39,284 nt of DNA from Eubacteriales bacterium (GCA_045613705.1 JAZLBM010000215.1:1-39284), one strand, 5' to 3'; counted from the first letter of the stretch, positions 15,785 to 26,613 are shown. Translations and numbers: made by a program. Notes: generated by a model not told the origin, from the sequence alone.

Positions 15785-16193
15785 GAGAGTAAAATACCGT
15801 CGCGTACAGCGCGGTAGACTGAAGGGTAAGGCATCTCGTGGAAACACCTTGACCAACGGAAGCTACGGACTTGTTGCTCTTGAGCCCGCATGGATCACCA
15901 GCAATCAGATCGAGGCAGCCCGTATTGCAATGACCCGTTACACCCGCCGTGGTGGTAAGGTCTGGATCAAGATTTTCCCCGATAAGCCCATCACCGAGAA
16001 GCCCGCTGAGACCCGAATGGGTTCCGGTAAGGGTTCGCCCGAGTACTGGGTAGCAGTAGTGAAGCCCGGACGCATCATGTTCGAGATGGAGGGAGTTGCT
16101 CCCGAGATCGCACGTGAGGCTATGCGTCTTGCTTCTCACAAGCTTCCCATCAAGTGCAAGTTTATTATGAAAGAAGAAAACGGGGAGGGTTAA
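15771..16193 (+). CDS. rplP: 50S ribosomal protein L16
   Basis: Start at ATG 15771 ([19 protein letters not shown]), preceded by GAAGGAGGA. It overlaps the rpsC 3' end by 14 nt. The upstream part of the track ORF (15663-) is the alternate frame of the rpsC tail. Confidence 0.95.
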   Translation: MLMPKRVKYRRVQRGRLKGKASRGNTLTNGSYGLVALEPAWITSNQIEAARIAMTRYTRRGGKVWIKIFPDKPITEKPAETRMGSGKGSPEYWVAVVKPGRIMFEMEGVAPEIAREAMRLASHKLPIKCKFIMKEENGEG

Positions 16194-16196
16194 GCT

Positions 16197-16385
16197 GTGA
16201 AGGCAATTGATATTAGAAAAATGACTGCCGAAGAGCTGGAAGCAAAGCTCAAAGAGCTTAAGAGCGAGCTGTTTAATCTCCGCTTTCAGCATGCGATCAA
16301 CCAGCTTGAGAATCCGCACAAGATCGCGGACGTAAAGAAGGACATCGCACGTGTAATGACCATTCTTCGTGAGAAGAATGCGTAA
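16197..16385 (+). CDS. rpmC: 50S ribosomal protein L29
   Basis: GTG start. [24 protein letters not shown] is canonical uL29. Confidence 0.95.
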   Translation: MKAIDIRKMTAEELEAKLKELKSELFNLRFQHAINQLENPHKIADVKKDIARVMTILREKNA

Positions 16386-16397
16386 GGAGGATAGGTC

Positions 16398-16658
16398 ATG
16401 ACAGAAGAAAGAGCGCTTAGAAAGACCAGAGTGGGACTTGTTGTCAGCAATAAGATGGAAAAAACTGTTGTTATTGCCATCGAGGACAACGTAAAGCATC
16501 CCGTTTATGGAAAGATCATCAAGCACACCTTGAAGGTTCATGCACACGACGAGGATAACACCTGTGGCATCGGCGACAAGGTTAAGATTATGGAAACAAG
16601 ACCTCTCTCCAAGACTAAGAGATGGCGTGTTGTCGAGATAATCGAAAAGGCTAAGTAA
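16398..16658 (+). CDS. rpsQ: 30S ribosomal protein S17
   Basis: [35 protein letters not shown] is canonical uS17. Confidence 0.96.
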   Translation: MTEERALRKTRVGLVVSNKMEKTVVIAIEDNVKHPVYGKIIKHTLKVHAHDEDNTCGIGDKVKIMETRPLSKTKRWRVVEIIEKAK

Positions 16659-16719
16659 TCAACAATCGCGAAACAAGTAAATACGTCTAAAATCGTATTG
16701 AATTAGGAGGAACGCAAAA

Positions 16720-17088
16720 GTGATACAGCAACAAACATTAATGAAGGTTGCCGACAACACCGGAGCTAAAGAGCTGATGTGCATTCGCGTACTCGGAGGA
16801 ACGGGTCGCAGATATGCAAACATCGGTGACGTGGTAGTTGCTTGCGTAAAGAAGGCAGCACCCGGCGGCGTTGTTAAGAAGGGCGAAGTCGTCAAGGCAG
16901 TTGTTGTAAGAAGCGTACACGGCATCAAGCGTGCCGACGGTTCCTACATCAAGTTTGACGAGAACTCTGCGGTAATCATCAAGGAAGATAAGACCCCCCG
17001 CGGCACTCGTATTTTTGGCCCGGTGGCAAGAGAGCTTCGTGAGAAGGACTATCTGAAGATCCTCTCCCTCGCTCCTGAAGTTCTGTAA
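16720..17088 (+). CDS. rplN: 50S ribosomal protein L14
   Basis: GTG start. [27 protein letters not shown] is canonical uL14. First gene of the spc block. Confidence 0.97.
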   Translation: MIQQQTLMKVADNTGAKELMCIRVLGGTGRRYANIGDVVVACVKKAAPGGVVKKGEVVKAVVVRSVHGIKRADGSYIKFDENSAVIIKEDKTPRGTRIFGPVARELREKDYLKILSLAPEVL

Positions 17089-17101
17089 GGAGGTACTGGT
17101 A

Positions 17102-17431
17102 ATGAATATTAAAACTGGCGATACTGTAGTACTTCTTACAGGTAAGTACGAAGAGAAGAAGGACGCAAACGGCGCAGTTAAGACCCACAAGGTAATCGCA
17201 GTTTCCCCCAAGGAGGACAAGGTTATCGTTGAGGGTGTAAACGCTGTCCGCAAGCACGTTAAGGCTCGCAGACAGGGCGAGACCGGTGGCATTGTTGATA
17301 CCAACGGTGCTATCTACGCGTCCAAGGTTGCTCTTTACTGCGCAAAGTGCGGTAAGGGCGTAAGAGCCGGCCACAAGGTGGTCGACGGTAAGAAGGTTCG
17401 TGTCTGCACCAAGTGCGGACAGGAGCTGTAA
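17102..17431 (+). CDS. rplX: 50S ribosomal protein L24 (C-terminal CxxC...CxxC variant)
   Basis: KOW motif region (KTGDTVVLLTGKY...), VIVEGVN..KH core, correct synteny. Cys residues at positions 80, 83, 102 and 105. Confidence 0.95.
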   Translation: MNIKTGDTVVLLTGKYEEKKDANGAVKTHKVIAVSPKEDKVIVEGVNAVRKHVKARRQGETGGIVDTNGAIYASKVALYCAKCGKGVRAGHKVVDGKKVRVCTKCGQEL

Positions 17432-17448
17432 TAAGGAGGTAGTGAACA

Positions 17449-17988
17449 ATGGCAAGACTTAGAGATACGTACAAGGCCGAGATCGCTCCCGCCCTTATGA
17501 AGAAGTTTGAGTATTCCAGCGTAATGCAGATCCCCAAGCTTGATAAGATCGTTATCAACGTTGGTGTAGGCGACGCAAAGGATAACTCCAAGGCACTTGA
17601 TGCCGTTCTGGCTGACATCTCCCTGATCGCAGGCCAGAAAGCGGTTCCCACCTATGCGAAGAAGTCCGTTGCAAACTTCAAGCTCGGTGAGGGCATGAAG
17701 ATCGGTGCAAAGGTTACTCTTCGTGGTGATAAGATGTACGAGTTCATGGACAGACTGTTCAACTTCGCACTTCCTCGTGTTCGTGACTTCAAGGGAATCA
17801 ACCCCAATGCTTTCGACGGCCGCGGCAACTATGCCCTTGGTCTGAAGGAGCAGTTGATCTTCCCCGAGATCGAATACGATAAGGTTGAGAAGATCCGCGG
17901 TATGGACATCTGCTTCGTAACCACCGCAAAGACCGATGAAGAGGCAAAAGAGCTCCTTACTCTGTTTGGCGCTCCCTTTGCTAACTGA
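17449..17988 (+). CDS. rplE: 50S ribosomal protein L5
   Basis: [41 protein letters not shown] is canonical uL5. Confidence 0.97.
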   Translation: MARLRDTYKAEIAPALMKKFEYSSVMQIPKLDKIVINVGVGDAKDNSKALDAVLADISLIAGQKAVPTYAKKSVANFKLGEGMKIGAKVTLRGDKMYEFMDRLFNFALPRVRDFKGINPNAFDGRGNYALGLKEQLIFPEIEYDKVEKIRGMDICFVTTAKTDEEAKELLTLFGAPFAN

Positions 17989-18003
17989 TGGAGGTAAAGA
18001 ACA

Positions 18004-18189
18004 ATGGCAAAGAAATCTATGATTCTTAAGCAGCAGAGAGCCCAGAAGTTCTCTACCCGTGAGTACAACAGATGCAAGATCTGTGGCCGTCCTCACGCTT
18101 ACCTTCGTAAGTTCGGTATCTGCCGTATCTGCTTCCGTAATCTCGCTTACAAGGGTGAGATTCCCGGTGTAAGAAAGGCAAGCTGGTAA
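18004..18189 (+). CDS. rpsZ: 30S ribosomal protein S14, type Z (zinc-binding, 61 aa)
   Basis: The short form, with [22 protein letters not shown] (CxxC...CxxC). Confidence 0.96.
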   Translation: MAKKSMILKQQRAQKFSTREYNRCKICGRPHAYLRKFGICRICFRNLAYKGEIPGVRKASW

Positions 18190-18317
18190 TTCAGTTTCCC
18201 ATTCGGTCAAAATGACCGCTCCAACTATCAGAAGGAAGCGAAATGCTTAACCGCTGATATGCCGCCGAGAAGAATCGGCAGCAAGTATATTAACTTGCAT
18301 ACAGGAGGATAAAAATT

Positions 18318-18716
18318 ATGCAAATGTCAGACGTAATCGCCGATATGCTCACAAGAATCCGCAATGCAAATGATGCAAAGCACGCAACTGTTGACATTCC
18401 GGCATCCAACATGAAGAAGTCCATCGCAGATATCCTTGTTGAAGAGGGTTATGTAAAGGGCTATCAGATCGTAGAGAACGGCAACCAGGGTATCATCCGT
18501 GTTACCCTTAAGTACACCGAGGGTAAGCAGAAGGTTATCCGCGGTATCCGCCGTGTTTCCAAGCCCGGTCTTCGTATTTACGCAGGCTATGAGGATATGC
18601 CCAAGGTTATGAACGGTCTCGGCATCGCTGTCGTTTCCACTTCCAAGGGTATCATGACAGACAAGAAGGCACGCAGCCTTAAGGTTGGCGGCGAAGTCCT
18701 TGCATTCGTCTGGTAA
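18318..18716 (+). CDS. rpsH: 30S ribosomal protein S8
   Basis: [17 protein letters not shown] is a canonical uS8 N-terminus. AGGAGG SD. Confidence 0.97.
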   Translation: MQMSDVIADMLTRIRNANDAKHATVDIPASNMKKSIADILVEEGYVKGYQIVENGNQGIIRVTLKYTEGKQKVIRGIRRVSKPGLRIYAGYEDMPKVMNGLGIAVVSTSKGIMTDKKARSLKVGGEVLAFVW

Positions 18717-18736
18717 TTCAGGGGAGGTAAAAGAAT

Positions 18737-19297
18737 ATGTCTAGAATTGGTAGAATGCCGATCGCTGTCCCCGCAAACGTTACCGTGACCATTGCTGATG
18801 GAAACGTCGTTACCGTTAAGGGACCCCTCGGAACCCTTACTGAGAAGCTGAGCACCAAGCTCACCATCGCTCAGGAGAACAACGAGATCGTTGTTACTCG
18901 TCATTCCGAAGAGAAGGAAGACAAGAGCCTTCACGGTCTTTCCCGTGCGCTTATCGCAAACATGGTAGAGGGCGTTACCAACGGTTACTCCAAGACCCTT
19001 GAGGTTGTTGGCGTTGGTTACAAGGTAGCAAAGCAGGGCAAGACCCTTCAGCTCTTCCTTGGTCACTCTCTTGTAAACGGTATGCCCCAGGAGAAGTTCC
19101 TCATCACCGAGCCCGAGGGAATTACCTTCGAGGTTCCTAACCCCAATACTATCGTTATTAAGGGTTACAACAAGCAGGCGGTTGGACAGATCGCAGCTGT
19201 AATCAGAGGCAAGAGACCCCCCGAGCCCTATCATGGTAAGGGTGTTAAGTACTCTGATGAGTATATTCGCCGCAAGGCCGGTAAGACCGGTAAATAA
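18737..19297 (+). CDS. rplF: 50S ribosomal protein L6
   Basis: MSRIGRMPIAVPANVTVTI...VKGPLG is canonical uL6. Confidence 0.96.
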   Translation: MSRIGRMPIAVPANVTVTIADGNVVTVKGPLGTLTEKLSTKLTIAQENNEIVVTRHSEEKEDKSLHGLSRALIANMVEGVTNGYSKTLEVVGVGYKVAKQGKTLQLFLGHSLVNGMPQEKFLITEPEGITFEVPNPNTIVIKGYNKQAVGQIAAVIRGKRPPEPYHGKGVKYSDEYIRRKAGKTGK

Positions 19298-19315
19298 TGA
19301 AAGGAGTGGACTAAG

Positions 19316-19675
19316 ATGGTTTCTAGAAAAGACAGTAATCTTGTTCGTCTTAAGAGACACAAGAAGATTCGTGCAAGAATTTCCGGTACGCCTGAGCGTC
19401 CCCGTCTCGCTGTATACCGTTCCAACGCGAACATCAGCGCACAGATCATTGACGACGTGAATAAGATCACGTTGGTTTCCGCTTCTACTCTCGAGAAGGA
19501 TTTCGAGGGCAACGGCGGCAACAAGGTAGCAGCAAGACAGGTTGGTAAGACCATCGCTGAGCGTGCTGCTGCAAAGGGTATCACCGAGGTCGTATTTGAC
19601 AGAGGCGGCTATCTTTATCACGGACGTGTATCGGAGTTGGCTGACGGCGCTCGCGAGGGCGGCCTGAAGTTCTGA
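19316..19675 (+). CDS. rplR: 50S ribosomal protein L18
   Basis: [27 protein letters not shown]...[12 protein letters not shown] is canonical uL18. Confidence 0.96.
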   Translation: MVSRKDSNLVRLKRHKKIRARISGTPERPRLAVYRSNANISAQIIDDVNKITLVSASTLEKDFEGNGGNKVAARQVGKTIAERAAAKGITEVVFDRGGYLYHGRVSELADGAREGGLKF

Positions 19676-19746
19676 TCGGGTTTCCCGACAGTCCGGTTTG
19701 TACACTGTTCATCACATTGTTTTGAACAAATTTAAGGAGAAAAAAC

Positions 19747-20250
19747 ATGGCTAAAAAGTTTAATCCGGCAGAGCATGATCTCAAAGAGCAGCTCGTTGCC
19801 CTTAACCGTGTTTCCAAGACCGTTAAAGGTGGTCGTATCGCAAGATTCGCAGCTATCATGGTAGTCGGTGACGGTAACGGTCACGTAGGCTACGGTCTCG
19901 GAAAGGCAGCCGAGGTTCCCGAGGCAATCCGCAAGGGAATTGAGGATGCAAAGAAGAATATGATCGAGGTTTCCCTTAAGGGATCCACGATTCCTCACGA
20001 GGTTCTCGGTGAGTTTGGCGCAGGTAAGGTTCTTCTCAAGCCCGCCGCTCCCGGTACCGGTATTATCGCAGGTGGTAAGGTACGTATGGTTCTTGAGGCC
20101 GCTGGTATCAAGAACATCCGTGCAAAGTGCCTTCGTTCCAACAACCCCGCAAACGTAGTTAAGGCTACCTTTGAGGGTCTCAAGGCTCTTCGTACTGCTG
20201 AAGAGGTTGCGAAGATTCGTGACATCAGCGTTGAGCAGGTCAAGGGTTAA
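19747..20250 (+). CDS. rpsE: 30S ribosomal protein S5
   Basis: [38 protein letters not shown] is canonical uS5. Confidence 0.97.
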   Translation: MAKKFNPAEHDLKEQLVALNRVSKTVKGGRIARFAAIMVVGDGNGHVGYGLGKAAEVPEAIRKGIEDAKKNMIEVSLKGSTIPHEVLGEFGAGKVLLKPAAPGTGIIAGGKVRMVLEAAGIKNIRAKCLRSNNPANVVKATFEGLKALRTAEEVAKIRDISVEQVKG

Positions 20251-20262
20251 GGAGGTTGCAGC

Positions 20263-20436
20263 ATGAAAAAGGTTACTCTTGTAAAAAGCCTGATCGGTTG
20301 CAAGCCCAACCAGATCGCAACCGCAAAGTCCCTCGGTCTTGTTAAGATCGGCAATAGCATCGTATGCAACGATGACGCTGTTCTTGCAGGCAAGATCAAG
20401 GTTCTTTCCCACCTCGTAAAAGTAGAAAACGTATAA
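20263..20436 (+). CDS. rpmD: 50S ribosomal protein L30
   Basis: Not in the ORF track because it is 57 aa. My translation is [65 protein letters not shown] lies 8 nt upstream, and it has the expected slot between rpsE and rplO. Confidence 0.9.
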   Translation: MKKVTLVKSLIGCKPNQIATAKSLGLVKIGNSIVCNDDAVLAGKIKVLSHLVKVENV

Positions 20437-20449
20437 GGAGGAAAGCACA

Positions 20450-20890
20450 ATGAAACTTTTTGAACTTTCTCCCGCAGAAGGCTCTGCAAAGGCCGCATGG
20501 CGTAAGGGCAGAGGTCCCGGTTCGGGTAACGGCAAGACCGCCGGAAAGGGTCACAAGGGTCAGAATGCTCGCTCCGGCGGTGGTGTAAGACCCGGATTCG
20601 AGGGCGGCCAGCTCCCCTTGTACAGAAAGCATCCTAAGAGAGGCTTTACCAACAGATTTGCAATCAACTACGTAACCGTTAACGTTGATAAGCTCAACGT
20701 ATTTGAGGACGGCGCAGTTGTTGACGTGAACGTTCTTCTGGAGAAGAGAATCATCCGCAAGACTCTCGACGGTCTTAAGATTCTCGGAACCGGTGAACTC
20801 ACCAAGAAATTAACTGTTAAGGCAGCGGTCTTCTCCGCAACTGCAAAGGAGAAGATTGAAGCGGCAGGAGGAAAGGCAGAGGTGGTATAA
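20450..20890 (+). CDS. rplO: 50S ribosomal protein L15
   Basis: [35 protein letters not shown] is canonical uL15. Confidence 0.97.
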   Translation: MKLFELSPAEGSAKAAWRKGRGPGSGNGKTAGKGHKGQNARSGGGVRPGFEGGQLPLYRKHPKRGFTNRFAINYVTVNVDKLNVFEDGAVVDVNVLLEKRIIRKTLDGLKILGTGELTKKLTVKAAVFSATAKEKIEAAGGKAEVV

Positions 20891-20892
20891 GG

Positions 20893-22182
20893 ATGTTCCA
20901 GACGTTAAAGAATGCTTGGAAGATTATGGACCTTCGTAAGAAGCTCCTCTTCACATTGCTTATCGTCCTCCTGTATCGCTTGGGCGCCCAGATTCCCGTT
21001 CCCTATATCTCGAGTGCCGTTATCGAGGGTGCAGCAATGCAGTTCTCCGGTATCCTTGAGTATATGGACTTCCTTGCGGGTGGCGCTCTGTCTCAGGCGA
21101 CTCTGTTCGCCCTTTCCGTCAACCCCTATATTACGGCATCCATCGTAATCCAGCTTCTTACCATCGCTATTCCTGCTCTGGAAAGACTTTCCAAGGAAGG
21201 CGAAGAGGGACGCAAGAAGATCAACGCTATCACCAGATACGTTACCATCGGCCTTGCTCTCGTAACCAGCTATGGATATATGAAGCTGCTGAACAGCTAT
21301 GGCTACTTCACCCACGAGCTGAACGTATTCGAGCAGATCGTTGTTGTTGCATGCTATTGCGCAGGTGCCTCCCTTGTTATGTGGTTGGCAGAAAAGATTA
21401 ACGAAGTCGGTATCGGAAACGGTATTTCCATGATCCTCTTCGCAAACATCATCTCCAGAGGTCCCGATCTTGTGATGAGCCTTTGGAACATGGTTGTTGG
21501 CGGCGACTACCACCTTGTTGTAGGTATCCTTCTTGGTATCCTCTCCATCGCGATCACTCTTGCAGTTGTCGTTCTGGTAGTTCTCGTTACCAACTCGGAG
21601 AGAAAAATTCCGATTCAGTACGCAAAGCGTGTTGTCGGTCGTAAGATGTATGGCGGTCAGAACTCCAGCCTGCCCATCAAGATCAACATGACCGGCGTTA
21701 TGCCTATCATCTTTGCAGGCTCCATCGTTTCGATCCCTGCAACGATCGCAAGCTTTATTCCCAAGAATAAGTTTTTCGCATCCATTGCTGAAAACTTCAG
21801 CTACGATTCCTGGTTCTACATTGTAATCTACCTGCTTCTCATCGTAGCATTCTCTTACTTCTATATCATGATCTCTTTCAACCCCGTTGAGGTTGCCAAC
21901 AACATCAAGAATAACGGTGGCGCGATCCCCGGTGTCCGTACGGGCAGACCTACGGTGGATTTCATCACCAAGATTCTGAACCGCATTACCATGATCGGCG
22001 GTATCTTCCTTTGCTTCATCGCAGGATTCCCCATGATCATCAATGCAGCGTTCAATGGCTCCTTCTCCGGAATCGCGTTCGGTGGTTCTTCTCTGCTGAT
22101 CGTTGTCGGTGTTGCCCTTGAAACGGTACGCGACCTCGAGGCACAGATCACCCTTCGCAACTACAAGGGCTTCCTTGATTAA
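20893..22182 (+). CDS. secY: Preprotein translocase subunit SecY
   Basis: 429 aa, 10-TM pattern, conserved N-terminus (LRKKLLFTLLIVLLYRLGAQIPVP), correct synteny after rplO. Confidence 0.96.
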   Translation: MFQTLKNAWKIMDLRKKLLFTLLIVLLYRLGAQIPVPYISSAVIEGAAMQFSGILEYMDFLAGGALSQATLFALSVNPYITASIVIQLLTIAIPALERLSKEGEEGRKKINAITRYVTIGLALVTSYGYMKLLNSYGYFTHELNVFEQIVVVACYCAGASLVMWLAEKINEVGIGNGISMILFANIISRGPDLVMSLWNMVVGGDYHLVVGILLGILSIAITLAVVVLVVLVTNSERKIPIQYAKRVVGRKMYGGQNSSLPIKINMTGVMPIIFAGSIVSIPATIASFIPKNKFFASIAENFSYDSWFYIVIYLLLIVAFSYFYIMISFNPVEVANNIKNNGGAIPGVRTGRPTVDFITKILNRITMIGGIFLCFIAGFPMIINAAFNGSFSGIAFGGSSLLIVVGVALETVRDLEAQITLRNYKGFLD

Positions 22183-22206
22183 GGAAAATCCCTTTGGAGG
22201 AAAACG

Positions 22207-22848
22207 ATGAATTTGATTTTGATGGGAGCTCCCGGTGCCGGTAAAGGCACGCAAGCGGAGAGAATTTCAGCAAAATGGAACATTCCCGCAATCTCCACGG
22301 GTGATATGCTTCGTGCAGCCATCCGCGAGGGCAATGAGCTTGGCCAAGTCGCAAAGACCTATATCGATGCGGGCCAGCTCGTTCCCGACGAGATCGTGAT
22401 TGGAATCATCAAAGATTATCTTTCATCCGACAAATGCAAGAATGGATTCATACTTGACGGATTCCCCCGTTCCATCGCTCAGGCGGAAGCGCTTGAGGCT
22501 ATGGCGGTTCGAATCGACGCCGTGCTCAGCATTGAGGTAGCCGATGAGGTTATCGTCGAGCGTATGAGCGGCAGAAGAATGTGCGCCGGTTGCGGCGCCT
22601 CCTTCCACGTCAAGTATAATCCCCCTTCAAGCGAAGGCGTTTGCGACAAGTGCGGCAAGAGCCTCTATACCAGAGACGACGATGCGCCGCAGACCGTAAC
22701 AAAGCGTTTGGAGACCTACCACGTGCAGACCGAGCCCCTGAAGGATTTCTATGAGGCAAGAGGCTTGCTCGTGACGGTAGAAGGACAGGATCAGGTTGAC
22801 GAAACTACTGCTCTTGTCTTTGCCGCGCTGCAGCGTTTTGAGGTGTAA
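22207..22848 (+). CDS. adk: Adenylate kinase (Cys4 zinc-lid form)
   Basis: MNLILMGAPGAGKGTQA P-loop. The lid carries CAGCG...CDKCG. Confidence 0.96.
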   Translation: MNLILMGAPGAGKGTQAERISAKWNIPAISTGDMLRAAIREGNELGQVAKTYIDAGQLVPDEIVIGIIKDYLSSDKCKNGFILDGFPRSIAQAEALEAMAVRIDAVLSIEVADEVIVERMSGRRMCAGCGASFHVKYNPPSSEGVCDKCGKSLYTRDDDAPQTVTKRLETYHVQTEPLKDFYEARGLLVTVEGQDQVDETTALVFAALQRFEV

Positions 22849-22854
22849 AGCCGA

Positions 22855-23616
22855 ATGATACAGATTAAAAATCAGGATCAGATAGCCGTTATGAAGGAAG
22901 CGGGCCGAATCACGGGCGAAGCATTGCTTGTGGCTCGTGAGCACGTACGCGAGGGTGTGAGCACTTTTGAGCTGGATAAGCTTATCAGAGAGCACATCGA
23001 GCGTTCGGGCGCCAAGCCTTCCTTCCTCGGTTATCACGGTTTCCCCGGTTCTGCTTGCATCAGCATCAACGACGAGGTCATCCACGGAATCCCTTCCAAG
23101 AAGCGGATCCTGATGGAGGGCGATATCGTCAAGATCGACGTGGGTGCATATTACAAGGGCTTCCACGGCGACAGCGCAAGAACCATTCCGGTAGGTAAGG
23201 TGAGCGACGAAGCGACACGCTTGATCGAAGCTACACAAAAGAGCTTCTGGGCAGGCATCGCCAAGGCGCAGTCCGGAAACCGTATCGGAGATATCGGAAA
23301 CGCTATTGAGAGTTGTGTCCGCGAGTACGGATTCAACGTGGTAAAACGCTATATCGGTCATGGAATCGGACACGAGCTCCACGAATCTCCCGACGTTCCC
23401 AATTTCGGAACCGCAGGACGAGGCGTGAGACTGTGTAACGGAATGGCGCTGGCAGTAGAGCCTATGGTTAACGTGGGCACGAGCGAGGTTGTGGATATGG
23501 CAGACGGCTGGACGGTGAAAACCGCCGACAAGAGCCTCTCTGCACATTATGAAAACACCATCGTGATCACTGCCGAGGGCGTGCTTGTCCTGACTGAGGT
23601 CGAGCGTGGATTATAA
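22855..23616 (+). CDS. map: Type I methionine aminopeptidase
   Basis: 253 aa. Metal-ligand context DIVKIDVGA, GFHGDSA, GHGIGHELHE, EPM. Confidence 0.95.
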   Translation: MIQIKNQDQIAVMKEAGRITGEALLVAREHVREGVSTFELDKLIREHIERSGAKPSFLGYHGFPGSACISINDEVIHGIPSKKRILMEGDIVKIDVGAYYKGFHGDSARTIPVGKVSDEATRLIEATQKSFWAGIAKAQSGNRIGDIGNAIESCVREYGFNVVKRYIGHGIGHELHESPDVPNFGTAGRGVRLCNGMALAVEPMVNVGTSEVVDMADGWTVKTADKSLSAHYENTIVITAEGVLVLTEVERGL

Positions 23617-23634
23617 CAGATTGGAGGGAACGTT

Positions 23635-23853
23635 GTGCCTAAGGATGACGTAATTGAATTTGAAGGCGTGGTCGTTGAAGCAATGCCCAATGCGACCTTC
23701 AAAGTAAAGCTTCCCAATGAGTATGTCGTAACGGCTCATATTTCGGGAAAGCTGAGAATGAACTATATCAAGATTCTGCCCGGTGATAAGGTAACCGTTG
23801 AGGTGTCGATCTACGACCCCAGCAAGGGACGTATTACCTGGCGTGCAAAGTAA
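23635..23853 (+). CDS. infA: Translation initiation factor IF-1
   Basis: GTG start. [24 protein letters not shown]...[16 protein letters not shown] is canonical IF-1. Confidence 0.96.
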   Translation: MPKDDVIEFEGVVVEAMPNATFKVKLPNEYVVTAHISGKLRMNYIKILPGDKVTVEVSIYDPSKGRITWRAK

Positions 23854-23892
23854 ACCAAACAATGCTAAAGAAAGGAAAGGTATAATAACCAA

Positions 23893-24006
23893 ATGAAAGT
23901 TAAACCTTCCGTTAAGAAGATCTGCGAAAAGTGCAAGATCATCAAGAGAAAAGGCAAAGTCATGGTCATCTGCGAGAACCCCAAGCATAAGCAGAAGCAG
24001 GGCTAA
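23893..24006 (+). CDS. rpmJ: 50S ribosomal protein L36
   Basis: Not in the ORF track because it is 37 aa. My translation is [37 protein letters not shown], the C-x2-C...C...H zinc form. It has the expected slot between infA and rpsM. Confidence 0.92.
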   Translation: MKVKPSVKKICEKCKIIKRKGKVMVICENPKHKQKQG

Positions 24007-24041
24007 TGACACACATTAACGAACAGAGAGGTGAATAACGA

Positions 24042-24410
24042 ATGGCTCGTATAGCTGGTGTTGACATTCCGAACGCAAAACGCGTTGAAATCGCCCTTAC
24101 CTATATCTACGGTATCGGACGCAAGAGCGCAAACGATATTCTGGCAAAGACCGGAATCAATCCCGATACCCGTGCAAAGGATCTGACCGAGGAAGAGGTT
24201 GCAAAGCTTCGTGACGAGATCGAAAACTCCTACACGGTAGAAGGTGACCTCCGCAGAGACGTTGCTCTTAACATCAAGAGAATGGTTGAGATCAACTGCT
24301 ACCGCGGTATCAGACACAGAAAAGGTCTTCCCGTAAGAGGTCAGAGAACCAAGACCAATGCAAGAACTCGCAAGGGTCCTGCAAAGACTATCGCAAACAA
24401 GAAGAAATAA
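24042..24410 (+). CDS. rpsM: 30S ribosomal protein S13
   Basis: [26 protein letters not shown] is canonical uS13. Confidence 0.97.
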   Translation: MARIAGVDIPNAKRVEIALTYIYGIGRKSANDILAKTGINPDTRAKDLTEEEVAKLRDEIENSYTVEGDLRRDVALNIKRMVEINCYRGIRHRKGLPVRGQRTKTNARTRKGPAKTIANKKK

Positions 24411-24426
24411 TTAGGAGGGCACAAAG

Positions 24427-24825
24427 ATGGCAAAGGTTGCTGCTAAGAAGGTCATCAAGAAGCGCCGCGAACGCAAGAACATTGAAAAGGGCGCAGTGCA
24501 TATCAGTTCGACCTTCAACAATACAATTATCACCATTACCGATGTTGATGGAAACGCAATTTCCTGGGCATCTGCTGGTGAGCTTGGCTTCAAGGGCTCC
24601 AGAAAGTCCACTCCTTTCGCAGCACAGAGCGCAGCAGAGACTGCAGCAAAGGCAGCAATGGAGCACGGCCTTAAGACCGTTGAAGTTTTCGTAAAGGGTC
24701 CTGGCTCGGGACGTGAATCCGCAATCCGTGCACTTGAGACTGTGGGTCTTCAGATCACCATGATCAAGGACGTAACTCCCATTCCTCACAACGGATGCAG
24801 ACCCCCCAAGCGCAGACGCGTATAA
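24427..24825 (+). CDS. rpsK: 30S ribosomal protein S11
   Basis: [30 protein letters not shown]...[16 protein letters not shown] is canonical uS11. Confidence 0.97.
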   Translation: MAKVAAKKVIKKRRERKNIEKGAVHISSTFNNTIITITDVDGNAISWASAGELGFKGSRKSTPFAAQSAAETAAKAAMEHGLKTVEVFVKGPGSGRESAIRALETVGLQITMIKDVTPIPHNGCRPPKRRRV

Positions 24826-24846
24826 TTTTACAGGAGGAATACGAAT

Positions 24847-25473
24847 ATGGCAAGATATACAGGTCCCGCATGTAAGCTGTGCCGCAGAGAAGGCACCAAG
24901 CTTTACCTGAAGGGCGAGCGTTGCATGACCGGTAAGTGCGCTCTTGATCGTAGAGGTACCGCACCTGGACAGCACGGCGCTGGCAACAAGAAAATGAGAG
25001 AGTACGGAAAACAGCTCCGCGAGAAGCAGAAGACCAAGAGATACTACGGTATCCTTGAGAAGCAGTTCCTGAACTACTTCAAGGAAGCAGATCGCAAGGA
25101 GGGTATGACCGGTGAGAACCTTCTTACCCTGATCGAGCGCCGTCTGGATAACGTAGTATACAGAATGGGTATGGGCGAGAGCCGCAAGGAGTCCCGTCAG
25201 CTTGTTCTTCATGAGCACATCGAGCTCAACGGTAAGAAGGCAAACGTTCCTTCTATCATCGTTAAGGCCGGTGACGTTATCACCGTAAGAGAGAACTTCC
25301 GTGACTCCGAGAAGTGCAAGGCACTTGCTGAGTCTATGAAGGATAAGACCGCTCCCAAGTGGCTTGAGGTCAACAAGGATGGTCTTTCCGCAAAGGTTGT
25401 AGCTCTTCCCGAGAGAGAAGACATTGACTTCCCCATCGAGGAGCAGCTTATTGTCGAGCTTTATTCCAAGTAA
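24847..25473 (+). CDS. rpsD: 30S ribosomal protein S4
   Basis: [26 protein letters not shown] is a canonical uS4 N-terminus with a Cys cluster, plus an S4 RNA-binding domain. Confidence 0.97.
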   Translation: MARYTGPACKLCRREGTKLYLKGERCMTGKCALDRRGTAPGQHGAGNKKMREYGKQLREKQKTKRYYGILEKQFLNYFKEADRKEGMTGENLLTLIERRLDNVVYRMGMGESRKESRQLVLHEHIELNGKKANVPSIIVKAGDVITVRENFRDSEKCKALAESMKDKTAPKWLEVNKDGLSAKVVALPEREDIDFPIEEQLIVELYSK

Positions 25474-25588
25474 TAGCGATATTGCGAAGCATTGTCGGTG
25501 TTACTTGCCGTCAAGGCTCGCAGTATAACACGAACCCCGCACAGATATTTGTGTACAAACAAATTTATAACAGGAGGTTTTATTTGGA

Positions 25589-26563
25589 ATGATTGAGATC
25601 GAAAAGCCTAATATAACAACGGTTAACCTCAGCGAGGACGGAACCAGCGGTAAGTTTATCGTGGATCCCCTTGAGAGAGGCTACGGAATCACCCTTGGAA
25701 ACTCGCTGCGCAGAATTCTTCTGAGCTCTCTTCCGGGTGTAGCCGTTACCAGCATTAAGATTGACGGTGTACTGCATGAATTTTCCACCATTCCCGGCGT
25801 AAAGGAAGACGTAACTGAGATCGTCCTGAACGTAAAGGGAATTACGGCAAAGCTTCATTGCAGCGCTCCTAAGACGGTTGTAATTGACGTAACGGGTGAG
25901 CAGGTTGTTACCGCCGGTGACATCAAGCAGGATTCCGACATCGAGATCCTGAACCCCGATCATCACATTGCAACGGTTGGTGCCAATGAGAGATTCTATA
26001 TGGAATTGACCTTTGAGCACGGCCGCGGATACGTATCCCAGGAACGCAACAAGCAGAATCACACGATGCTTGCGGGTCAGAATGTATCGGCTCCTATCGG
26101 AACCATCTTTACCGACTCGATCTATACGCCCGTATACAACGTAAACTACTCGGTTGAAAACACCCGCGTAGGTAACATTACGGACTATGACAAGCTTACG
26201 CTTGAGGTTCTTACCAACGGAACGATTTCCGCAAAAGAAGCGATTTCGCTCGGCGCCAAGATTCTCAACGAGCATCTCAACTTGTTTGTGGATTTGTCTG
26301 ATGAAGCAAAGAAGGCAGAGATCATGGTGGAACGCGAAGCTGTGAAGAAAGAAAAAGTTCTTGAGATGACCATTGAGGAGCTTGACATGTCTGTACGTAG
26401 CTTCAACTGCTTGAAGCGTGCAGGCATTGACACAGTAGAAGACCTGACGAACCGTACCGAGGAGGATATGATTAAGGTAAGAAACCTCGGTAAGAAGTCG
26501 CTTGAAGAAGTCATTCAGAAGCTGCACTCGCTTGGCTTGGATCTGAAGTCTGAGGACGAATGA
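25589..26563 (+). CDS. rpoA: DNA-directed RNA polymerase subunit alpha
   Basis: 324 aa. [20 protein letters not shown] is in the N-terminal domain. The C-terminal domain has [23 protein letters not shown]. Confidence 0.97.
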   Translation: MIEIEKPNITTVNLSEDGTSGKFIVDPLERGYGITLGNSLRRILLSSLPGVAVTSIKIDGVLHEFSTIPGVKEDVTEIVLNVKGITAKLHCSAPKTVVIDVTGEQVVTAGDIKQDSDIEILNPDHHIATVGANERFYMELTFEHGRGYVSQERNKQNHTMLAGQNVSAPIGTIFTDSIYTPVYNVNYSVENTRVGNITDYDKLTLEVLTNGTISAKEAISLGAKILNEHLNLFVDLSDEAKKAEIMVEREAVKKEKVLEMTIEELDMSVRSFNCLKRAGIDTVEDLTNRTEEDMIKVRNLGKKSLEEVIQKLHSLGLDLKSEDE

Positions 26564-26613
26564 TCCCCGTAGTGCACAACTAAAAACGTATTAGCAGAAG
26601 GAGGGAATATACA

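Noticed and set aside
18212-18250. A 12-codon ORF (MTAPTIRRKRNA) in the rpsZ-rpsH spacer.
   Set aside because: It has no SD and is very short. It is more simply explained as part of the structured spacer.
19706-19738. TGTTCA-N21-TGAACA in the rplR-rpsE spacer. These are the same hexamers as the ArsR operator half-sites at 8463-8476.
   Set aside because: It is only a 6-bp match, the spacing is incompatible with a 12-2-12 operator, and the location is inside a ribosomal operon. It is most likely chance.
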